A stretch of 63,323 nt of DNA, the filler included, from Perkinsus chesapeaki ATCC PRA-425 (Eukaryota; Protista; Perkinsozoa): the NCBI GenBank assembly GCA_013115145.1. It is 4 parts of 4 records of this genome, joined end to end, with 100 filler letters (N's around TTAATTAATTAA, not from the genome) between each part and the next. Parts side by side here need not be neighbours in the genome. Positions count along the whole stretch, not along the records: positions 1 to 28,730 come from JAAPAO010000464.1; 3 more parts are not named here. One strand, written 5' to 3'. Below the pieces are notes generated by a model. The model searched no databases. It was given only the letters and a program-made list of their open reading frames with translations, and was not told the origin of the DNA. Every line of letters starts with the position of its first letter. The first letter of the stretch is position 1. Shown piece by piece: positions 11,376 through 22,143 of this stretch. The position numbers and the translations under genes are program-made.

Positions 11376-12546
11376 ATGCATGGCGCTGAGTCTGAACTCC
11401 CGCCCACTAATAAGCTGAACGAGGAGGGGAAGTCCAGCGGCTCGTCATCATCGAGTAGTTGCCGAGCGAATCAGCCCAATGAGGAGCACAGCTCCAGCTC
11501 CACAGTACCTGTGCAGGGTAACTACTTGGGGGAGGCACTTCAGATTTGCCGTTGTATAGGAGACTTGCTGCGCCAAAAGCTCCTGTTAGAAGGGTTAGAA
11601 GGTGAACTGACGAAGGACATATCGTTTGCAGTTGAGCAAGGGTCAGCGTCTAGGGCTGCAATTGAAGGAGTGCTGGAGGCATGATCTTGGCAGATACATG
11701 CCAATGGCTAATATAGCGAACATAGTGCAAAGCGTTCTGCCAGATGGGGCTGGGAGTATAGGGAAGTGCTTCAAGCTCACACTTCAGGTATAGTGGAAGT
11801 CTCGGATGAAGTCGCACTGGGTTAGCGTTATGAGCTCAGGACTGTATCAGCGAGTTTCTAATGCTTGTGACTCATTTGGCAGCGCAACGGTGCAGTCGGG
11901 AAGGAAGAAGAATAATGCTGGCCGAGGACATACTGTGGTGAGACTCCTTGGAACTTTGTGATAGATTCCGCGTGTCGTATTGTTTGCACTCTTTTTTCTG
12001 GATTTCAGGGCATTGGATCAAGCTGGGTTGTGCCAGTATCGCTCGACACTTCGACTATTCCTCGGGAAGTTGCGTGAGCACTTGAAGAAGTGCAAGAAGA
12101 CGAGCACAGAAATGGTCGAAAGTCTGGAAGCCCCTCCGGAACTGTTGGAAATCGAGAACGGCTGTTCGTCGTTGCCTAACAGCTCGTCCATGTTCCCCAT
12201 GGTAGTATGACAGGGAGGAAGCGTGTAAAAACCGCTGTAGCATTACTGTAACGGATCTCTTCTGCGATTGGCTCTACGGACTTGCTCGTTCTGCTCACTA
12301 CTGGTCTTGTCATATCTCTCGATAAGGTCAGTCCATGGTGTCGCGGCTCAGATGCCAATGTCCCCTACTGAAGTGATGAGCATGACAGCAACATCAGCCC
12401 CACCTGATCATCAGGCCCATGAGAAGAAACAGAAGCCAGCAGCAGCAGGGATTGCGGAGGCAACCATGCAGGCCGGTTGGCTAGATGAGGATGACGACGC
12501 CAGTGATGTTTCATTCATCGATATTGTGGAGGGGGAAGTTGTTTAA
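11376..12546 (+). CDS. NF-YB/HAP3-like histone-fold CCAAT-factor subunit
   Basis: Spliced core DLGRYMPMANIANIVQSVLPDGAGSIGKCFKLTLQ|DCISEFLMLVTHLAAQRCSREGRRIMLAEDILW|ALDQAGLCQYRSTLRLFLGKLRE aligns with NF-YB (DRFLPIANVARIMK...ECVSEFISF...RKTINGEDIL...LKIYLSKYRE). GT-AG introns join in frame. Confidence 0.85.
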
Positions 12547-12763
12547 TTTTAAATGCTCGACATGTATTATTTTCTCTACCTCAACCTGCCATCGCGTTTG
12601 GTTTGGGCGCCGTGGATTCTCCATCGGAACCCGCTGTGTAGTATTGCTTTATATAGGAATAGACGGCGGCGGCTACGCCGGTGTCTGGGATATGCTCTGA
12701 TTCTTTCTTGAGGTTGGTTGGTTGTGCGCCTTGTTCCTCCGGGACTGGGGCCATTCAGTTTCT

Positions 12764-13415
12764 ATGGGCTGTTCTCCAAGTCTACCCATCTGCTGCAACG
12801 CCTTCCACGCCGACGAGGAGTCCTACGGCGATCGTTGTAGCTCTGTTCCGAGCGTGCTGCATATCTCGATCGACAGACAGCGCCTGTCGAAGTCCTACTC
12901 TGGTAGTACCAGTCTACTATAAGGGTGATGCTGGCCGACGTGATTTTGCTGCTCAGGTGCATCTCCGAGCCCGAGCGCTCAAGAAGGATCCGTTCGCAGC
13001 CTCGTAAGCCAGTCGGATGGGCGCCGTTGGAGCGAGGAGATCTTTGAACGAAAATACTCCACCAGGCGTCTGGAAAGAGCAGAGTAGTGGGGCAGCGGGG
13101 CGGATCCGGAATTTCGCGTGTCTTTCGCTACTGTCATCAGCTATGATCTTGTGGCCTTTCAGTTCAATGCACACGAGAAGGCACAATGAGCAGCAGTATA
13201 CACCGGGGCCTAAGCTTCGGCGTAGCGGTCCAGCAAATCTGCCGCGAAGCTCTCCCGCATCGTGCAGAGGTCCAGCAACACCTGGAGCGGGTGGTTCTAA
13301 CAGAAGCGGCGGCAGTCTTCGTTATCGAAAGTTCAGACGGCAACCGATAGGCGAGTTGCCCAGATCCTACACGCTTAAGCTGTCCCACACCGATGAGAAT
13401 ATCAGCTCGGTTTGA
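12764..13415 (+). CDS. Hypothetical MGC-start protein A (putative myristoylation/palmitoylation); 3' end uncertain
   Basis: Exon 1 MGCSPSLPICCNAFHADEESYGDRCSSVPSVLHISIDRQRLSKSYS, then a GT-AG intron joining in frame to GASPSPSAQEGSVRS. Confidence 0.55.
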
Positions 13416-13946
13416 CTACTGTTGTGGCTGATGGAAGGCTCAATCAAAGTGTTGTTCCGCCTTCTATCTTCATTGTAATTTATCACGTCACGCCCTTAGG
13501 TTAGAGCATGCTATGTAGATTTCACTAGCACCTTGGGCTAGGCGAGACGCTTCTTCCTTAACCGCAAGAAAGATGGCGTCTCCGTCTGAAAATGTTTACT
13601 CTCGTTCATCGATCAATACGAATCGTCGTCCTTGCGGCAAAGTAGTGGGATGTATCCCCTATCTTTGGCCGCCGCCTACCCTAAACCTCGTATGGTACAT
13701 TTTTGTTGATGAGCATCGATTAGTATAAGTGAGTTTCTATCCAGCAAATGCCCTTCACTTTGAGTTCTCCCGACCTCAGAGTGGCGCTATGCGTAAAGGC
13801 TGAAATTCCGACAAAGACACCTGTGGCTATTTCCTTCTTTGTTTGCCATTTGTTGCACTATTTGTAGCATGAGTCGACGGTGGATGAAGCCCTTGAGTAG
13901 TTTGTTTTCCACCTGATTGTCCTCCATCCGATCATCTCCTTGATCC

Positions 13947-14914
13947 ATGGGGTGCTGTGGCAGTGACTTGAGTCGGGCAGATGAGACCGGTATACTTACC
14001 CGCCAGGATTCTGACTGGTCGGTCCCCAGCGTCGTCCATCTCGAGTTGACCATGCAGCCTTCGAAGGCTTACTCGGGTAGTGGATACCATCGACGATCGA
14101 TTTACTATCAAACGCTCAATCGACGATCAGACGGTTGTGTATTAGTCCCAGCAGTGCAATATCGGACACATTAGTGATAAGAAGGCTTTAGCATTTCAGT
14201 TGCGTCGCCGAGTCCGAGAGGTAATGCCTCAGTAAGGAGTTTGCTAAGCCAGAGCAACGCACGTAAATGGAGTGAGGAGATGTTCGAAGAGAGGCTGGCG
14301 AATAGGCGCCGTGATCGAGCACAGTAGTATCCTGTTCCAGCGCTATCAACGCAGCACTGTTTCGGTCGCCTCCACGGGGATTGTGAATAGTGATGGTTAT
14401 CGTTATTAGTATTCATTTTCGTGTCGGACCTGTAAAACTTCCCGAGCGACGAGGATGCGTTGTTTCACTTATCAGCTCCATACAGTCTAATCGAGGGGAC
14501 CAGACGAATCGGTCGACTAGGTCATATTGGACTTCCACGGGCTACTACCGTGCCGGAGGGGATACCAATCGCAGCGGCAGCTTCAGCGTCGTTGGTAGTC
14601 GACCTCATATTTCCCGGATCTCGTCCGCCTCTCACGTCCAATATAACGGGGACATCACCACCCGAAGTAGCAATAGGTACTACAGTTAGTACAATATTGT
14701 GGCGCGCGACGCACGCTTCTTTAGGTCAGTGAGTTCACGTAAGCGAGATTCATCTGACACGTGCTACTGGGGAGAAGGTGACTTTGATGAGAGCACCATA
14801 AGGCGGAGAGTCGGCAGCGGTTTTCCCAATGTAGGGGATCGCCCGCTGAGTCCCTGTGTCTTATTGCATCTTTCCATCATCAGAGTCCCCATCGGCCCCA
14901 AAGGCAGAGCCTGA
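13947..14914 (+). CDS. Hypothetical MGC-start protein B, probable paralogue of A
   Basis: Exon 1 MGCCGSDLSRADETGILTRQDSDWSVPSVVHLELTMQPSKAYSG. Ser/Arg-rich downstream exons; the join SNR|SVSSRKRDSS is in frame. Middle exons are uncertain. Confidence 0.55.
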
Positions 14915-15541
14915 GCGTGAGCTGCTCTAGTGGTCATTATATGCCAAGTCCTCGAGGAACGATACTGTCCCCACGCATACTCGAGGACAGTTATTGCTCA
15001 GCGGGCTAAAGGGTGGTGTCCCCGCTGCTGCCTACGCAGTCCCATTCTGGTCACACAAAGTCGTCGGATCTCACTTCTTCGACTACTCACTCTACAGTTG
15101 TAGATTTCTCACGAGTTATCATCGGATGATTTCCGTGATATTTTTGTGGCGCGTCGAAAAGTCGCCATTTTGCTTGTCATATATATTAATCATCACTATA
15201 ACATCATCATCTTTTTCGTCGTTGTTGCTGTAGCCTACCTTCTGTACACTCACAATTAAGTCTTGCTGATCTCGTTCATTCTGAGACGCTCTTATCATAT
15301 AGTAGCCGCACTGGTTCTGATGATTAAGTATTGTACCCTCTTGTCTGCCAGCTGAAGACGCCGTTCCAGTTCCGGAAGCTGTGGTGGGTCAGCCTGAACT
15401 CGCGCATCTCTTTGTCCTCTACCATGTCCTTATTCCTTCGTTGGACATCTCGGCGGCAGCACGGTCTCGCAGCATCTTTCGATGGTCTTGAGTTTCGGGG
15501 ATGCACTAGGAGCTTCACAGGTATCTATTTCATCCAGCATA

Positions 15542-16165
15542 ATGTCAGCAGAGCAGCTTCCCGTGGTTGAAGTGATTCCCGTTGGTCCTACATGCGACTC
15601 CTCTCCAGTGGTGAAGTCTCTCGGGCTGGCGGACGCCCAGGAGACCATCACTCTGGATACAAAATATTATACCTGCAAAGTCCGAGTTGAGTGTCACCGG
15701 GATTTGAGCGTTTCAGCTGCGGAAGCGGTGGTTCTGGTGGTAGACAGGTGCGGAGCGTCCCTCCTACCCGAAGACCGACTCGAGGAGCCGAGCGTGAAGC
15801 TGTTGGTGACCTTGGACGCTCCGACAACTCGGATGGAGGAGTGGTGCTGGGATCGAGGCTTCGAGTTGATCGAGTTCAACGAAGAGCCTGAGCGTGTCCT
15901 GGAGGCGTTGAAAATGCACAACTGGTCTAATGCGAAATTGAAAATCGCTGAGCACAAAGACGAAGCGGAGCCTGCGCCGCGGCATAAGAAGGCCAGTGAA
16001 GTGTCTATCGACGAGCTAGACGATCTTATGAGTCAAATAAAAGCTGCTCACGATTTAGCAGCCAGAGGAGCCTGTGATGAGGAGCGAAGGCAAAGGGCAG
16101 AGCAGCTGGCAATGCGTTTAATGCAAGTTATGGATTCTGATAGCGAAGATGACGGTAAAGTCTGA
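15542..16165 (+). CDS. AAGAB: Alpha/gamma-adaptin-binding protein p34 (Irc6 family), intronless
   Basis: ITLDTKYYTCKV (cf. TIDNKYYSADI), EEWCWDRGFELIEF (QEWCIKHGFELVEL), ERVLEALKMHNWSNAKLK (KRIVQALNANVWSNVVMK) and the C-terminal ERRQRAEQLAM helix. Confidence 0.85.
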   Translation: MSAEQLPVVEVIPVGPTCDSSPVVKSLGLADAQETITLDTKYYTCKVRVECHRDLSVSAAEAVVLVVDRCGASLLPEDRLEEPSVKLLVTLDAPTTRMEEWCWDRGFELIEFNEEPERVLEALKMHNWSNAKLKIAEHKDEAEPAPRHKKASEVSIDELDDLMSQIKAAHDLAARGACDEERRQRAEQLAMRLMQVMDSDSEDDGKV

Positions 16166-16398
16166 TTGTTTCCACGCCCGCTGCTTTGAGTATCTTTTCG
16201 ATTCCATATCAACAACCCTGGGCCTTTAGTGGCGACTGAGACTGCGCCAAGAAGGACGGGCTTCTGGTCGCTTGGATCTCAGCAATAATTCAGCAGAGCA
16301 AGTTGTCGATACCCCGAGTAGTCTCATCCGGAAGGGTTCCGGTATCCATCCCGAGTGAGTTCTTCCATTCGTTGAAGCCGTTGATTTTTATCACTATC

Positions 16399-18143
16399 AT
16401 GCAACACGGTCGTCGCAAGCTGTCTCATGACGAGACGCCTCTGGAGCAGAAAGCGTTGGACAGGGAGAAGGCGGAGAAGGCTTTGAAGCTGATGCATAGT
16501 GTGCTGGAGGCACGGAAGACGTGGTGAGTCACCCGGCGCCGCGCCGGGAAATCGCTAAGATGCACTCGCCGGAGAATGAGTACGTCGTTTTCCTGCTCTG
16601 GCGGTTCTTGATGAACATTCACGGTGTTGCGGTCGTCGCTGGCAAAGCCAGGCTTCTCTCTCCTCAGTAAAGAGTTCACCCCGGAAGTCAATCAGATGAC
16701 GATGAAGGCGCTGCAAATCAATCCAGAGGTCGCCACGATATGGAATTTCCGGTATAGCCTTTATCTGGTGTTTGGCGATTACGTAAACTCTCAGGCGAGA
16801 TCTTCTCTCACGTTTGGCACCCGAAGCTCGGGTAGGTGCGTTGAAGAAAGAACTAGACTTGTTGAATATGGCAACCAAGTTGTAAGATACATCATACTCA
16901 AGATAATGATGGCGCTTCGCGATGCGGCAGCACCTCCTAAGGAGGCTTTTTTGCAATACGTGAAGGGCTGCATTATTGATCATCCGTTCCTTCGCCGTCG
17001 AATATGCCAACTCCCTGTAGGATCACAAAGTCTTACTGTGTGTGGCAGCAAAGGAAGTGGGTCGTGACTGAGTTACTCGACCTCATTCCTGCTCAACACC
17101 AGACGCCAGGAGAAAAACAAGGTGTGCCTCGGTTCGCAGCATGTCTTCTATTCCCGAAGTAGGGCCCACTGGGAAGGAAAGCCAAGTCGAGACGGCCGAG
17201 CAGCTAATATCGGACGAGTTGGCGGTCATCGAGAAGCTTTTGTCGTATGACGGGCGGAACTTCCACGTCTGGAACTACAGATCGTAGGGCTGGCAACGAG
17301 CGTGAGTTGCCGCCGGCAAGAACCACTGCTGAATCTCAGGTTCCTCCTGTCGAATCCTGCCTACAAGGGAGATAAGAACAAGCTAGACCGAGAGACCAGC
17401 CAGAGGCTCATCGACCAGAATTTCAGCAACTATTCTGCGTGGCATCTCAGAAGTACATTAAAGGATCTGGACGTCGAGGAGGAGCTCGATCTGGTAGGTG
17501 CTCGTTGACGATCGCTGAATGTCAAGGCTCTAATTGGTTCCCTGGTAGGTCCGGCAAGCATACTACACCGAGCCAAATGACCAGTCAGTTTGGCTTTATC
17601 ATAATTGGCTTACTATAGCGGCCATGGGCAAGCATAGATATGGCGACGAGTAAGTGTAGCTGTCTCTCGTCTGCCGTTCATTTCGATAATGTTCTATTTA
17701 ATCGCGCCTCAAACATTTTTACCGTCTCCGACATCCCGTAGTAGTTGATGGGTCTTGGAAGAGTTAGCCCTGACTCCTGCAGCTGCATCACCGTTGGGAT
17801 CATTGGGGATCGTTGGGATCATAATAAGTCATCCTCTTCCCATCTGCAGATACACGCCCGAAGAGCTTAGTGTGCTGAAGGAGGAGCTGGCGTCAGTTGA
17901 GGAGCTATTGCAAATTGAGCCCGATGCCAAGTACAATAGAGACACTTGCTCTCGCCCTTCTTTCATCGTCGACCGTGGAGGAGTGCTTATCTCAGATACG
18001 CCTTGTTGACCAAAGCAAAGATACTTCGAGCTCTCGATAGGGAAACTTCGAAGGACGAGGTCAGAAATATATTTGTCAAGCTCGAAGAAGTCGATCCTCT
18101 ACGGCGAGGGTTTTACCAGGACTGGATTGACTATCGAGTATAA
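16399..18143 (+). CDS. RABGGTA: Rab geranylgeranyltransferase (GGTase-II) alpha subunit, multi-exon
   Basis: N-terminal MQHGRRK; PPTA repeats LQINPEVATIWNFRR, KSYCVWQQRKW, DGRNFHVWNYR, DQNFSNYSAWHLR, YTEPNDQSVWLYH; C-terminal LEEVDPLRRGFYQD. Confidence 0.92.
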
Positions 18144-18965
18144 CAGTTTCACCCGCCAGTCTCTGCCGTCCTCGAGTTATTAGTGCCGTCTGAGCTTTCA
18201 ATTCGCCATCGCTACGCCGGTCCTATTTTATGCTGGGCGGCGGTTCCCCTCCGCGCAGTGACCGTCGCGGTTTCGGAAATGACGTTTCAGAGTCCGCGGC
18301 ACTACCGAGACAGACGAATCAGTTTTCTGTTCTCTTGCTCATAAGAAGCTTCAAGACGCTGAGGAGGGCACAGCTAACTTTACCTCTCCGTTGGGAGAAA
18401 CCCTTATTGTCTGACGCTGGCCTCACGACGCCATTTTCAGCGAAAGTCGCCGCTGCAATGGATAGAGACAAACTAGTCGGTGTCACTGTCGCAGCTGTGT
18501 CACTAGAAATGAGACAGCATGCTAATCGCGGGCTGTCGTGTAGTTCAGAGTTATCATTTCTGGTGTTTCACTAAAGGCCCTTAGCGCTCGCTATGGGCTC
18601 GGTGGATTCGCGTTGCGGCAGCCTGTGTACAAATCACATCGCTGCTGGAGGATAGAAAGCTGCATTGTCAACTTTTAGTTCCCTGCGAACGCGCACGTGC
18701 TGTACCCTTTGTTCATCCCCCGCAGCTTCGCTATTACTCTGTTCGCCAATTAAATGCGTAAAATGCAACCTACTCATCAACGGCGATCAGCCGTCTGGGA
18801 AGGAGACAGCGTTGCACAATTAGTCCGGTGGCATCCTATAGCCTTTCAGTTCTCGGTTTCATTTTCCCCTCCCGTGAACTTACATTACTTTTCTCTATCA
18901 AGCGCCGACTACACGTATCCCTGCTTTGATAGTTTTTTGGTTTCCTCTCTTCTCCCTGTCCAGCC

Positions 18966-20801
18966 ATGCTATCGCTTGTCCCCAAGCCACGGAGCAATAT
19001 TCCGGAGTTGGCCTCGAAGGTGTGCCGGAGAACTCCGCCTGGTGTCGTTACTCATCGGTTGGTTCAGATATCCGCTCGCATCAGCAAGAAGTCGGGGCCA
19101 CCAGTCGTGGTCCACAGCGTTGGTGATTTCATCGCCCTTCACAACACCGACGTCTTCAAAGGCCTCAGTGTCGGCTTCGTAAGTCCCCATAACAGCTAGT
19201 CCATAGGAAGGCTTTCCTTGAGTCTTCCAAATCTTCTCGGGGGTTTATCATAACGCTCTCCGTTCTATTGTGAGACTTCGCAACTGCCAGATCGAACCAT
19301 CCACGTTAATTTCTAGTTCTTGCGGTGCCACCGGGTTTTAAACTGCTTTCGATTATCTACTGTACAGTTATAGTAGGTTCCCACGATGGGTTCACTTCAC
19401 TCTGGCCACATGAAGCTAATCGCTGCGGCCAGGCCCAGTCATGATGTCCTTGTAGTGTCTATATTTGTCAACCCGGCCCAGTTTTCTCCTGAGGAGGACT
19501 ACGAGCAGTAAGTGGAGGGTGGAGATGGACTCGTATTCTGAACCTCGATAGGACTTTCCCGTCGTATAAATCGCTCACTATTGGTCAGCCGTTGCACGAA
19601 TATCTCATCCCGATTCAACTTCGCTGAATAGGTCCGAGCGAGCCAAATCATGGTTGCTATATAGTTCTCCGTCACAGCCCGTTCTCCTTGTTATAACTGC
19701 TTAGATACCCCCGTGATCTCGAGGGTGATGTTAAGAAGCTCGAGACACAATCAGCTGGAGTGGACGTCGTGTTCGCCCCCGACCCGGAGGACATGTACCC
19801 GAAGAACCCAAGGGCTATAGTGGTACTAAATACTAGGGGCTGGTAACGAGTTGAAGCGAGTGAGCGAGTTCAATTCTTCCTAGTTCGTCCGTTAGGCTTG
19901 CATCGCTTTTTCCTCTAAGATTACTCATTCACCTCGCTTTTGTCTCAGCCTACCGTAACAGTCGAGCCCAACTTCGTGAATGGACTTTCGGAAGCAGCCT
20001 GCAGACCAACATTCTTCCGCGGGGTGGCTACAGTAGTTTTGAAGCTCTTCAATATAGTCCGCCCGGCCAGAGCGTACTTTGGCCAGAAGGTACTGTCGGG
20101 GTTCATAAAGATACGCTTTTGCGCACAGTGAAGAATTGTCAGGATGCCATGCAAGTGAGCGTTATCATATCGATGGTTAAGGACCTCAACGTTCCTATAG
20201 ATCTCCAGGTAGCCCGGAGTCCCAGGCCGCTCAGCACGGTGTATAGTTTGGCTCCACTGTAGATTGTTCCCACTGCGCGCGAGGCTGACGGTCTCGCCTC
20301 TAGCAGCCGTAATGTCTATCTCACCCCAGCTATGCGGGAGAAGGCACCGATCCTGTACAAGTAAGATAGATTGATAACAACGAGGCCGATGGTAGAGAAG
20401 CTCTTCTGCTGCAGGTCATTGTGCGCTGCGTATGAAATGTTGAAGGAAGCAAAGGAACCGGTGAAGGCCTCGGATGTCCAGGAGGTTGTGAGGAAGGTCT
20501 TGGTAACCGAACCCATGGTCCTAGAAATTGAGTAATACCGCCTGATCTAGTGGCGCTAAAGCTACATTGTGACTTTTCCGTTAATTAGGTATATTAGTGT
20601 GGCATCAGTGGAGACAGCTCAGGAGGTGGAGACCGTGCAGTTCGGGCCCGATGCGGATCCGGTACTATCGACCGTTATTTGGGATTTAGAGTTGTGCAGT
20701 GCTGTCCCTATCAGGTTTTGGTAGCAATTGCGGTGAAGTTCGGTGCCCCAGGCTTACGGTTGATCGATAATATGTGGATGGACAACCAAGAGCATCAATA
20801 A
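18966..20801 (+). CDS. panC: Pantoate--beta-alanine ligase (pantothenate synthetase), multi-exon
   Basis: GF|[55 protein letters not shown]|[28 protein letters not shown]. Confidence 0.95.
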
Positions 20802-20965
20802 GATATTCCCCATTATAATAATAGCAAGGAAGCTTACTCGTCCTTTACCAACTGTTCAAATGAGTTTGTTGCTTATTCGCCAAGACGTCATTGCGTTAGT
20901 GAGTTCGGTCACCAGCGGGGTCGGCGTTCAGTTGGAAGATCCTCGGGCATCACATCGTTGCTCGT

Positions 20966-21187
20966 ATGCTGTGGCCGTTGCTGCTGACCGGTGGCGGGCT
21001 GGTGGGTCTTAACTATCATGCAGCCAAGGAGCTCGACGACAAGCAGGGATCGACCAGGTACGCCCACGAGCTGCATCTGCGACAAATTAACCACGCTCGG
21101 AAATGCAGCGGCGTCTGGGATTTGCGAACATGGATGCATAAATCAGCAGTCCGTGGGCCCTTCCAGAAGGGGATTATTCGCTATTAG
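20966..21187 (+). CDS. 73-aa single-exon protein with N-terminal hydrophobic segment
   Basis: Clean ATG-to-stop ORF between two same-strand genes: MLWPLLLTGGGLVGLNYHAAKELDD...RGPFQKGIIRY. Confidence 0.5.
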   Translation: MLWPLLLTGGGLVGLNYHAAKELDDKQGSTRYAHELHLRQINHARKCSGVWDLRTWMHKSAVRGPFQKGIIRY

Positions 21188-21626
21188 AAGACAGCAGTGC
21201 CGTCCGCAGCCATACGCCTCGAAATAAATGCTTTATATAGCGCTATAAGAGTGAATTTGAACAACAACATACAGTACAGCGAATGCACTCGAGTGCAGTG
21301 GAGTTAAAGGGCACTGGTGTGCTGACCAGTGTTGGGATGTATGCATATGTTCGCTTACACAAGATCGTGAGGAATAAAAATTTCGAGGAAATTCCAGAAT
21401 GTCGATTTTCGCATCTCCCTTCACCGAAGTATGTTTTCGATGGCGATTCGACGTGGAAACGGTGATGCTTCTCAGCTAGGAAAGAGCGAGAGATAGTCCA
21501 AAGCTCGATGGAAAAACTCTCGATTTTGATCTGTATCTATCCTATATAGGGTTGTGCTATTATTTACCAGTCGTTAATACTATTAACTTAATAGGTCGTC
21601 GGCTTCCATCACTCATAACATTTCAG

Positions 21627-22011
21627 TTCCTCTCGAGCATCAACATTCGCCCCAACGTTCGTCTTGGGCCTCATCACCGGTCTATGGGTTGGAGTAACGT
21701 TTGGACCATGGTTCACTCGGGTAGGGCCACATCCCTCCTTCAAGTGTTTATGCTTTCCTCAGACCTGGTCCACAGTCGACTCTTGGATGCGCTGGCTGCG
21801 TCTGGCTCCTCCCCTTCCCCCTTCAAGACCCAACGATCCTCACCGCACCGAGGGACACTACCCCTACGGCGGCCAGTACCCATCCCAGCCCATCCCGCCC
21901 GGGTATGGGCTGTCTTACGGACCGCCGCCGGGCAGCCATCCCTATGGTGGGGATCCTCACTATCAACAACAGATGAGCGGTGGCGGAGGACAGGCCCCTC
22001 GATACGCCTAA
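21627..22011 (+). CDS. Hypothetical single-pass protein with Pro/Gly/Tyr-rich tail (last exon; 5' exons uncertain)
   Basis: After the acceptor at 21626: FVLGLITGLWVGVTFGPW hydrophobic segment, then HYPYGGQYPSQPIPPGYGLSYGPPPGSHPYGG. Confidence 0.5.
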
Positions 22012-22143
22012 TTATTCGATTGCCAATATAGAACTGTTAATGTTATAGTAATATTAGCCAACATTCATTTGCCTCGTCTTGTGTTTCGTCAACTAAGTAA
22101 CGCAAAGGGCAATCTCGAGTCACCAGAGACGTGCAAGACATGA

